A stretch of DNA of 64,000 nucleotides from the NCBI RefSeq assembly GCF_000143415.4, contig NW_003314281.1, forward strand, positions 294,680 through 358,679, written 5' to 3'. The notes beneath the pieces are model-generated. The model was not told the origin of the DNA. It searched no databases and was given only the letters and a program-made list of their open reading frames with translations. Below are positions 21,463 through 31,870 of this stretch, piece after piece. Position 1 is the stretch's first letter. Each line of letters opens with the position of its first letter. The position numbers were made by a program, and so were the translations under genes. This stretch comes from Selaginella moellendorffii. Lineage: Eukaryota; Plantae; Lycopodiophyta.

Positions 21463-24400
21463 ATGGCCTTCAGGGTTGGGGAAAAGGTTTACATTTTGAA
21501 TGGTGGGAAGAGAGTTGCAAAAGGGACCCTTGTGTCTATGGATCGGAACTTTGTTATACACTGTCAAAGGCTTGGGGAAGGCAATGCTGCTGTATCAGTA
21601 GAGACTGTCTTCGATGGGAATGTGGTCGCTATTGAACGAGGAGAGATGGTTGTCGGGGTAAATGTTGTTGTTGCCTTGAAAAATCTTCAGAAGAAAGCAG
21701 ATGTTGGGGATAGCGCAAGTGCGACGCATGTTCCCTCCGTGGATCTTAAGAACCGTGCTACATGGATTCAGGCAAAGGTGTTTCTAAACAACCCCGAGGG
21801 GGAGGTGGTAGCTGAGGGCTTAGCCACAGTTGTCGATCCAAGAGATGCAGTTGCTAATCAAGAATTGGGCTGGGATGATATTGGAGTTGCGATTTTAGAG
21901 GTTGTTGACACAGAAGAAAACAATCTGACTATTGGAAGCATTGTGGGGTGGAAATTGAGGCACTTAGTGTTTGAGAATGTGAAGGATTTACAATCAAACA
22001 CCACTACAACTGATGACAGAACATCTCTTCATGGGAAAAGAAAGTATACCTTCCTAAAGCGCAGCCAAAGGGATCTGAGTAACGAACCGAAAAGGCAGAA
22101 AATGGCGATGCAGGTTCGAATGGTCTCGACAGTTGCTTGTTGCAAGAGGAGGTGCTGTCAACATGCTGATTGGGATGCTATTGAAGAGGAGAGAGCAAGA
22201 TACAATACATTGTCCTGGAAGGCAGTTCGCAATTTTGTGTATGAGGCATTACGGTCATCTGTTGATGCTTCAGAACATCAGGTGGGGGGCATGGTCTTCC
22301 AGAGGGGTTTGGTCTGCATGAAGGCATGGAGAATCATTTATGGAGTCCCTTGAACCACATTCTACAGAATCAAAACTGAGTTCGAGGAACAAAGGGTTCA
22401 ACAGGCAGTCCATGGGAACGACGGTACGCATAAAACCAGGGGTCATGTTGTATATGGAGAGGCAATCTTCAAGAGGTTTGTCGAGACATGTAGCGAGCAG
22501 CAACCACATAAAACCTGCCTCTTGGAAGATGGAACACGAGACACCCAACGAGTTCTCCCTTCCATGTATACCAAGGGGGCCATATTGGAAGATGTGAATC
22601 GGGAACTCCAGAGTAATGGCTACAGGAAGCTGAGCCAATCTAGATTTAGTAGATTGTGGAGCAACAGGTTCAGGGATGTGAGTATAGGAAAGTACTCCAG
22701 CTTTTCAAAGTGTGACGAGTGCACTGCTATCAAAATGGCTTTGTCGAAGAATTCTTGCAGCGCTCAAGAGTGAGAGACGTTGGTTAGAAGGCGGCTTGAC
22801 CACAACATCCAGCAGAGAAGCTGCAGGACTGCATATTATCATAACAGGATTCTCTCCATGGAGAGACCTGACTCTTACCTCTACATCATCCACGACAAAA
22901 TAGACCAGAAAAAGACGTGCTTACCTCGACTCAATCCTGCCCCCAAGGCAATTTCTTCATCCATGCAGCTGCCTGTGTCTCTGTTTGGCATAATCGCTCA
23001 TGGGCATGGTGCCCAGAACTATGGAAACTTCTTTGTACCTCTATGGGGTGGTGGGGGTGCAAACATAATGATTGCGTCCCTAGCAAAACACTTAAGGTCT
23101 CTGCAAAGTGCGCAGACTGAGCTGAACGGCCAACCCTTGCATAAGGCCCTTGTCGATCGAACCCCATACAGGGTTCAGCTGGAGGAGGAGCAAAGGCTTG
23201 CAGTATCGCGTGGGGCCCCATGCCATCCCAGTGAATATGTTGGCCGTCAGATTGTAGGGTTATCATGTGAGGCCTCATGCCATTCCGACGAGGCTGGTCT
23301 CCCAGTGAATGCACAGCCTCATCCAAACGAAGCAGAATCTCAAGGAAGTTCTTGCGGCTGATGTGGCCTTCCACCCCATCTTCTGCTCCAAACAGACAAT
23401 GCTGGCAGTGAGAACAAAAACATGTACGTCTTCACGTACTTGGCGATGCTTGTTGCCAAAGGCATATTTAAAACCGTTACACTTGGCTTTCTCATGGTTG
23501 GGCACACTCATGAAGACGTCGATGCCATGTTCAGTCACCTGGCAGAGTCCCTCCGGCAATCCAATGTCCCCACCCTCCCACAACTCTACGATGAATTCCA
23601 AAATTGCATCAAAGGCACTGTTGAAGCTGCACTTGTGACAGAGGTTCCAGACTTTAAGGGGTTTGTAAAAGGCTACATCAGGGACGGATCCGAAACGCTG
23701 ATTGGCCACTCCAAGCCTCTTCAGTTTCATTTCAGCATGCGTGACAGTGCTCCAGTGATGAGGTACAAGATGAGAGAATGGGACATAGTGTGGCTGCCAG
23801 TGGACGGCATTGAACTCTTCAAGAGAGATCCCATAACTGGGGAACCTATGATTCCTCAGGGTTCCCCACGGCCGATGCACCCGGATGGACTCAAAGACCA
23901 GGAAAGTATAGTGGCCGGGATTAGAAAGCATATTGCCTTCTGGAAGAGGGGGTTGGTGTTTGGTGGAGAATCCTATTTTAAGAGGTGCAAGCCTTTGCTC
24001 GAATACTGGGAGAAGATTATATCTGCTATCCAAAATGGGCCGGTTGTATATGAAGAATTGGAAAAGTCCTTTTGGCCAGAACCTAGAGCACTAGATAGTA
24101 GCGGAACAATGTCCTCTGGAAATGCAATGACAGATAACGATGTTGAGGATCACTATTGTGGGCCGAGGAACAAGAAGCCGGATTCAGCATTCAATCCAGT
24201 ACAGGTCTGCAAAGGAATGGTCGTGCTTGTCAGACCCAGTAATAAAAGACAAATGATATGGGTGGGGCGCTGCATCACTGATGCAGAGGAGGACGCGGAA
24301 ACTAACTCCTTCAATGTAACTGTGGAGTGGTTCAAGCCAAGTTCTGGATATACAAAGGATTGCCTAGAAAAGAGATGGGTGCTGAATCCAAGGGATCCCA

Positions 24401-24531
24401 GCATGAGCATATCGGTGGATAATGTTGTGCATGGTTGGATGCGGAAGCAGAGTGCCACCATCACCTTGCCAGACCATGCAAGAGATGCAGCAAGAGCATT
24501 CATAACCCGGGTTCAAGGTGAGATTCATTAA
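21463..24531 (+). pseudogene. Sola1-type DDD transposase (1022 codons, 3 in-frame TGA, no frameshift)
   Basis: ORFs starting at 21463, 22522, 22780 and 23422 share one frame. Motifs: two SH3-like repeats (KRVAKGTL..IHCQRLG; EVVAEGLA..VANQELG), CCKRRC, VCMKAWRIIYG, HGN, FSKCDEC..H, catalytic IIHDKIDQ / LLQTDNAGSENKN / FLMVGHTHEDVDAMFS, C-terminal BAH-like VVLVRP..IWVGR..VTVEWFKP. Confidence 0.88.
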
Positions 24532-25230
24532 TATTCCTTTACTAAGTTTCTAATGTATTTTATTTCAAGGTGAACAATCCGAATCTGAATCAGAGGAGGC
24601 GTGATGGCATGTGGCCTTACGCCATTCCTAGGTGAGATGATACAAATAACAAGTATAAATTCTTAGTTGTTCTAGCAAATCTTACTTAAAGTTCAAGGTG
24701 AACAAGCCGAATATGAATTCATCGGATTGTTATAACAAATTGCGAGGTGATGGCATGAGGCGATACGCCATTTGAGAGTGGTAGCCATTCCTATATGAGG
24801 TGAGTGAAATATTTATTAGAAATACCTCATTCAATTGTGCACTTCTAAGTCTTGGTCCACTCAGTACTATTTGCATGTTTCTATTTTTAATTCTTTCTCT
24901 AAAATGTTATTTAGCATGTGGCTTCATGCCATTGCTCTCCACAATCATGCATTGAATTTTTCTATCCTTGCATAATAATTCTCCATATATATAGCATGTG
25001 CGCACATGTGATATGGTTCATTAAGCCTGATATAGTGTGTGAGGTAAAACAAAGATGATGTGACATATGCATTTACCAATCACACGTGCATAAATCTAAT
25101 AATATGGTGTGTGGCCCATATTAATGGCACATAAACCCATATTGTGGGCTTACGTGCTTTATGTACCATCATTCCCTTGCAGCGTGTGTGTTAGTTTCCT
25201 TTTATAACACAACTAACTCCATATTTTAGG

Positions 25231-25503
25231 GTGAAGAGCGTTCTTATGGCAAGCACAAAATCTGTAAGTGAGGCAGAAAAGGAGACGGAGAAGGAGATAG
25301 GTGAAGATGTAGAATATATAAGTCTTCCAAACTCCCCGTACTATACTCCAGGTAATCATTTTTCTGAACAAACGGCAACATTAACAACTATCGAGAACGC
25401 CCCAGTAACGTCAGAGACAACAATCCAAAGCAAAACAACTGACCCGGAGAAGGATGATAGTACCGCTGAGAGTACCAAAAAGGAGGTGTCCACTAGCGCT
25501 TAG
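25231..25503 (+). CDS. Possible S/T/E-rich exon of a third transposon gene
   Basis: 90-codon ORF directly after an acceptor-like ATTTTAG and flanked by palindrome copies. No recognisable domain. Confidence 0.25.
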   Translation: MKSVLMASTKSVSEAEKETEKEIGEDVEYISLPNSPYYTPGNHFSEQTATLTTIENAPVTSETTIQSKTTDPEKDDSTAESTKKEVSTSA

Positions 25504-26142
25504 GCTTATAATGGCGTGTGCCCTCATGCCATTTACTTGATCACCAAATACCTTTTTCCCTTTGCACTAGTATATCTTAATACCGGTCTGAGAAATAGAA
25601 TGGCATGTGCCCTCAGGCCTTTTACTAAATCACCTTTGAAAGAAATGCAAGCCTCTATGTCATAAGAAAAAGGTACTAGAGAAATTCCTTAACAATATGA
25701 ATGTTATTTAGTTTCATGAAAATACACTAAGGGTCAAATGAGTTAAATGACTTCTCCAGACTAGCAATGCCTCTTGCTACACCTTCACAATTAGATTCGT
25801 TAGAAAAAGATAACATTGAATAATATCTAAATGTTCTCACCATTAAGTTATATGTCTGGCTATTAGGAATGACGTTCATCTTGGAAAGCTCACCACACGC
25901 TCAATGAACAAACAAATAGTGTGTGCGCGCATGCCATCGCTCTTCTTTAGCTTCAGATTCGGCTTGTTGTTCACCTTGACAATGAGATTTATTATACAAC
26001 CAGATGGACTCAGTCTGGACACAAAGTCACCGCACTAGTCACCATGCCCCAGATATGTCTAGCCCCTGGACAAAAAACATATAATTTCACGTCATTTTCA
26101 AATACTTGAAAATTTGTACCTAGTCCCATTTTACTGAATAAA

Positions 26143-26166
26143 TCCCACTTTAACGAAATAGAGCTT
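26143..26166 (-). repeat. Right TIR
   Basis: TCCCACTTTAACGAAATAGAGCTT followed by TSD AATA. Confidence 0.9.
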
Positions 26167-29100
26167 AATAGAAAAAACCATTTAATTAGTTGACCAGAGA
26201 TGCATGGTTTGTTGATGAGATATAAAAGAGTCTTATAATCAGTAAAAACAACTACTTTTGTTGCCAAAAGATAATATCTAAATTTTTGTAAAGCATAAAT
26301 TACATCTAAAGCCTCTTTTTCAGTCATTGTATAGTTATACTCAGCAGGATTTAAGTGTTTGCTATTATAGTAGATAAGATAATCTTTTTTATCACCTTGT
26401 GTTTGGGACAATATTGCACCTGTGGCAATATCAAAAGTATCCATTTGTAGGTGAAACTCTTTTGTCTAGTTTGGCTTATTGAGTATAGGTGCTTCTTTGA
26501 AGCATTATTTAATCCTTAAAATGCTTCTTGACAATTTTCATTCCATATAAATGAAATAATTTTCTTTAAAAGATCAGTAAATGGCTTGGCAATCTTTGCA
26601 TAAGCTTTTATAAATTGCCTATGATAGGCAACATTGCATAAAAAGTAACAATTTTAACTCATATGGTGAAGATATTATTTCAATCACTTGAGTTTTGTCT
26701 TTGTCTATAGGGATGTCTTACTTGCATATAATATGACCTAGAAGTATGCTAGAATTTACAAAGAAAGTACAGTTCTTTAGATTAAGAGAAATGCTATATT
26801 TTCTGCATTTTTTAAAATATTTTTGCAAGAAAATTAAATGTTTCATTTTGGAACTAAAAACACTAAAATCATCCATAAAATCTCTTATGAAACTAATAAA
26901 ATATTCTGTAAATGTGTCTATAACAACTCTTTAAAATGTAAAAGGAGCATTGAATAGGCCAAAAGGCATTTTGCAATAGGCATATACTCCCTATGGGTTT
27001 ATAAAAGTTGTTTTGTGTTAATTTTTAGGTGCTACTTCTACTTAGTTATATCCAAAGAATCCATCTAAAAATAAATACATCTCATGACTTACTACTGAAT
27101 CCAGAATTTCATTTGTGAAAGGAATAGAAAACATTTTTTTTTTATTATATCATTTAGTTTTAATTCATACAAACTTGTAACTTGCCATTTTTTCTTAGGC
27201 ATAATTACAAGTGGTGTAATCCATTGAGCATTCTAGATTGGATAGATGAATTTTGTATAAAAAAGTTTATCAATTTCCTTTAACTTTACTTTGGTAATTA
27301 GGATTTATCTTGTAGGGCATCTGCCTTTTAGGCATATTTCTTGAGAGTATGTCAATATGATATATGCAGAGTTCTGGTGGGATGCTTTTTAAATCTATGT
27401 AAGACCAAAGAAAAATGTCCTTTTAGTCTTTTAGTAAATTTATGGCCTGATTGCGAAAATCACTTTAAAATATTTTAGCAATTGTGACAGTATGCGAAAT
27501 ATTCTCATCTACTAATCTGATTTGTTCAAGTGGTTAATTACAAAAAACATGTGAAATATAGTTTCTCTGTTGATCAATTTTAGGCAGGATACTCCTTTAG
27601 GGAGAAATGTTAATCCATTTAAAAGAGGTTTGCCTAAATTTGTTAAGAGCAATAAGCCACTTTTTCTAATTCCATAGTTGTAAGGGTAAGGTTGGTTATA
27701 AGCCATAAGGTAAGACCTATTATGAAGTAGGGAAGCTATTCTAGAATTGGCTATCACATCTTAGAGACCTTGTATTGAATTAATCTTAACCGTACTAGGC
27801 ACGGGTAGAAAGGGGAGGTCCTCTTGTGCACCTAAGTGGAGAAATTGAGGATTAATAACCCTTCACAGTCCTAATAGAAATTGATTGCGGGAATTCGGAT
27901 AGATAAAACAAAAATGTTTACTAACTATCCATCACACCTATCAAAAAATACATTTTTCTTATAGACTTAGACGAAAGTTCATTGATCCCCACTTTGTGTG
28001 ACTAAGCAAAAGTATAACAAAGAAAAAACTAAACTATCTTGTGTGTCTAACTAGGCCAATAAATGATAGATTTTATGAAATTACTTAAACAGCTTAATGA
28101 ATTACCGAGAGACATACTTGATAATATTTTGCTTAAGTTATATAGAAGTTTAACAATAATCTAGGTTCCTAGTACCATCATCACATATCCATCTTTTCCT
28201 TGAATTAAAGAAAAGGACCCATAATTACATATTAATAAATGTATATGTACATTACTCTAGTCCCAAAGGGATCAAAACAAAATTGAGAGCGCACTCTTAA
28301 AGAAACTAGCGAAACTACTAAAATGAATGCTTGACACTACTCTTGGGCCATCTACCTCCCAGATGACTCTACTACGAAGCTTGAAGCCACCTGCTATGCT
28401 CCATGACCTGCAAGACTTGCCACAGAGCGCTCCACCACCAACATACCTCTGATGCCAAAATAGTGTCCAATCGCGATAAAACTCCAACTTGTAACTCCAT
28501 ACAAGGTGTGAACATCCTCCAACTCAAGGTTGGAGTGTGCTATCTTGCTTCCCACATGAAACAAGTGCACTAACTCATCTTTGCTAGAATCCTAGCCTTG
28601 CAATAGGGACTAGAGAAAGGGCATGAATCTCCTTCTAAGGGAGCAAAGCTTTAGGATGAGCGTTGGAGAAAAGATGTATGGATCCCCTATGCATGTAATA
28701 CCAAATCAACTCTGTTTGCCACTAGTCCCAATTGTGGCAGCAATCTTTGCCAATGGATCAAAAAATCCTCCTTTCCTGATCATCCTCAAAATGAGACACC
28801 ATGCATGGTCTTCCAAAGAAAATCCAGAAAGCTGGGCATTTAGCTACTCTAAGTCACCCCGAAAATGACATCTAGCTCCACCAATCCTTAGTTGCTATCA
28901 TCTTCATCGTGTGTCAAAGCAAGCAAGTTCACATAAATCTTGGCAAAAAACTCCATTTCTAGAGGTTTTGCAACTCATTGTCTATTGTAGAAATACCTTA
29001 AGAGCCTCCTAGGACCCTAGTGACCTGCCACCACCAGCCCTAGAAGCCCTAGCTAGTTCCTGTTAGGGCTAGGGTTTGCCCTAACCCTAATGCTAGCTAC

Positions 29101-29749
29101 TTTAGAGCGCAAGCTAGGGTCATCCAGATTTCCTAGATCCCAGATCTAAATGAAGTGCTGCTGCTATGAGTGCTTCTCACTACTCCCTAGATACTAACCA
29201 TGAAGTCAAATTGAGAAAAAGAGTGAAAACCAAGCTATAGGAGAGAAAAGAGGAGAAAATAAACTTGTCCTTTGCCATAGCCACTCCGGCAAAGCTAATG
29301 GAGGATTGGTGATGCTAACGATGTCCCTTTTCTTTGCCTCAATCACTCCCACAGCTCAATTTCCCCCTAGAACCAAAAGCCCCATATCGTGAAAGCTTGC
29401 AAACCTTAGTTGCCGCCACAACTAGGGTGAATAGACCTGTGGTAGATCTCACTATGCCATTGTAAGAGGACATGAAGCTCCACTCCTACAAGCCTTATGT
29501 CGAAGGAATCAAAGAAACTCTTGCCATTTAGGAGAAATCGTAATCCAAGCACGAAAATGTTTTTTTTGAGAGAAGAGAGGGAGAGGAGGAAGGAGGAGAG
29601 CCCTATATGGTGCTGCTATGGCATGTGTGTTGCTGTTGCCATCCTCCACACTCCCTCCCTTGCTCTTTCTCACACGCTCTCTCTAGTGCTTTCTTGCTCA
29701 CTCTCAAAACTTAGAATTTAGCGTTTTTTTAGAATTGCATATTAACAAT

Positions 29750-31870
29750 GCACAGAAGTAATTAAACTCAATCAAGTAGATGGGTAGGAAAAAAATCTTT
29801 TCCCCTATATACTCAAAAGTAAAACCAAAGATTGGTAGTATGACAATGGCATATTTGATGAGTAGACAAAGTTTTTCCTTAAAGTTTTTTCCATTGAAAT
29901 AAACCTAGAGGAAAACTATGATGAGTTGCAAAAGCTTCATCAAGGAAAATTTGAAATAATCAAATAATATACAACTCAATTCAACAAGTGTTATAAGCAT
30001 TGTAAAGACTTAGTCTCAAACAAAATGCTCCTACACCTATACATACAAGGCCTTAAGAAAATTTATCATAAATATGCAATAAAAAGAGCTCATGCAAATT
30101 TTGATGACTTGAAAAAAGCCATGATTACCTACGAAGATCTCATAAAATAGTATGACATGGTAGCTATGGTAAAATCAAATGAAAAAATGATTCTTATAGA
30201 TAAGAAAACTAGTCATCTAAGAAGCCTTAAATTATAAACCAATCTCAAAGAAGGGATTTGGCGCACCATATGCAAAAATGAAGACTATAACAAAGAAGAA
30301 TGCAAACTCTAGTTGATCAAGTGCTAAATTTGTGAAAAAGAGGGGCATTTAGCTAAGGAATGTAGAACTTTGTTTAAACAACTAAAAGGCTAATAGGTAG
30401 CCCAAGTTGATAAAACAACATATAGGCAAAGTGCACTTGACAATAGAAGTTATTATAGAGGATTAATTACAATGATAATTGAAGTGTTAAATATGAATAT
30501 CCATGCACTAAAAGGCAAGATAACCATCGAGATTATCCACTTAGGGGTAATTTTTGAGATTATCCATCTAACTGTGAGGAAAATAGGCTTAGATACTATA
30601 ATCAGCCTTAATTAGCCTAGAAGTTACAATATGCCTAGAAATTATGAAATGCCAAAAAAGTATGATCAAGCTAAGACTCTAGCTCGCTATCCTAGGCCAT
30701 ACAATCAAGTTAAATCATCAAGCAAGAATGATAACCCTCTTAGGGATACATGACTTACAACTAGGTAAGTTGAAGTAGAATGGTCAGATATAGAAAAGCT
30801 ACCTAATGTTTATATCATGATTAAAGCTCAACAAAGAAAGGTTGAATCTGAAAGCCAAGATGAAGAGAGTGATGATAAAGTCAAAATCATCCATAACTAT
30901 CAATGATGCCAAAAGAAAAAGATCAATGAAGAAATCACTCAATAACTTTAAAATTTGCAACTATAAATCAATTAAAGAATAGTGATTCTAACATAGAGAG
31001 TCCCAAGCCTTTATAGGATGACATGAATTTACCACTAGCGTAAAAGGAAAATTTGATATTAAAGTTAGATGGCAAGGATGAAAAAAAAGGTAGTAAAAAA
31101 CATTTTAATGCTGAAATTACACTCACTCTAGGCCAATTTCTCACTATAGCACCTTACCTTAGAGTTATATTATTTAAAGAACTTTCGCCTAAGAAGGAAG
31201 AAACTTTAATCCCATTTATTGCCATTGCTCACCGACGAAGGAAGAAACTTTAATCCCATCTATAGCCATTACTCACTGAAGAAGGAAGAAACTTTAATCT
31301 CATAAAATGGCCATTACAATTGAGATAAAGGATTGTGATGATGAAGTTCCTACGATTGATATAAAGATTAGTAAAAATTTATTATTTGGAACTTTTATCA
31401 ATGGTGGCTCAAATGTAAATATTATAGAAGAGAGTATTTGCAAAAAATTAAGCCTAGACCTAATTCAAATCACCCCGTTTAATGTACAAATAGCAAATGA
31501 CTAAAGTGTCAGGCCCATTAGAATTATTAGAAATGTCTTAACCAATATAGCTAGCCTAAAGTATAAATTTAAATATGTTATGCTTAAAATGACACAACAA
31601 GATTCTGACTATAAAACTCTACTAGACAAACTTTGGCTAAAAATTACTTGCACAAACCAAGATTGAAAAAATGATTTTATATATATAGAGTAGGTCAACT
31701 AGAAAAGATTTGTGCCTATTATTTCCACCATACAGTTGGAAAAGAAATATCAACCCCTCAAAACTCAATTTTATGATTGGGAGGAAGGCTTAAATGATTT
31801 TTAAGAACAACAAATCTTAAAAGCCTTCTCTAAAATTGAATCAATTAACAGACTAGGGACTAATTTGAAT
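29750..31870 (+). pseudogene. Heavily decayed Gypsy gag-protease remnant
   Basis: Zinc-knuckle remnants (C*ICEKEGHLAKEC near 30321-30363) and aspartic protease-like FINGGSNVNIIEESICKKL...PFNVQIAND (31307-31504). Confidence 0.65.

Larger units (their letters stand above)
15909..26166 (+). mobile_element. Full-length 10,258-bp Sola1-like DNA transposon with a divergent accessory gene
   Basis: 24-bp TIRs AAGCTCTATTTC(A/G)TTAAAGTGGGA (15909-15932 and 26143-26166, one mismatch). 4-bp TSD AATA (15905-15908, 26167-26170). Removing the element restores the host Gypsy frame W-F-F-L-L-Q. Contains a DDD transposase. Confidence 0.9.
10760..27500 (-). mobile_element. Decayed Ty3/Gypsy (non-chromovirus-like) array: RT/RNase H (about 26167-27500), integrase (about 14476-15908), PPT, LTR (12975-13970), PBS and further gag-like remnants; interrupted by the Sola-like element and a Cassandra
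   Basis: GAILSQ...NYTMTEKEALDVIYALQKFRYYLL (RNase H), RNKYILVAIDNVTKW...KFLYENIIVKFGLPKEII (integrase), WNGPF (GPY/F). Many stops. LTR TGAAAG...GTATTCA with CCCCTTTTT beyond 13970 and GCGGTGCCAA before 12975. Confidence 0.7.

Noticed and set aside
21463-24531. TGA recoding or selenocysteine readthrough in the transposase
   Set aside because: CGA-to-TGA deamination is simpler, and the partner gene has TAA/TAG stops of the same mutational class.
16006-25620. Palindromic repeats with unique spacers as a CRISPR array
   Set aside because: Spacing is irregular (about 35 bp to 1.8 kb), the context is eukaryotic and there are no cas genes.
26010-26444. 144-aa ORF as a single protein
   Set aside because: Chimera: Gypsy RNase H reading through the right TIR into the transposon.
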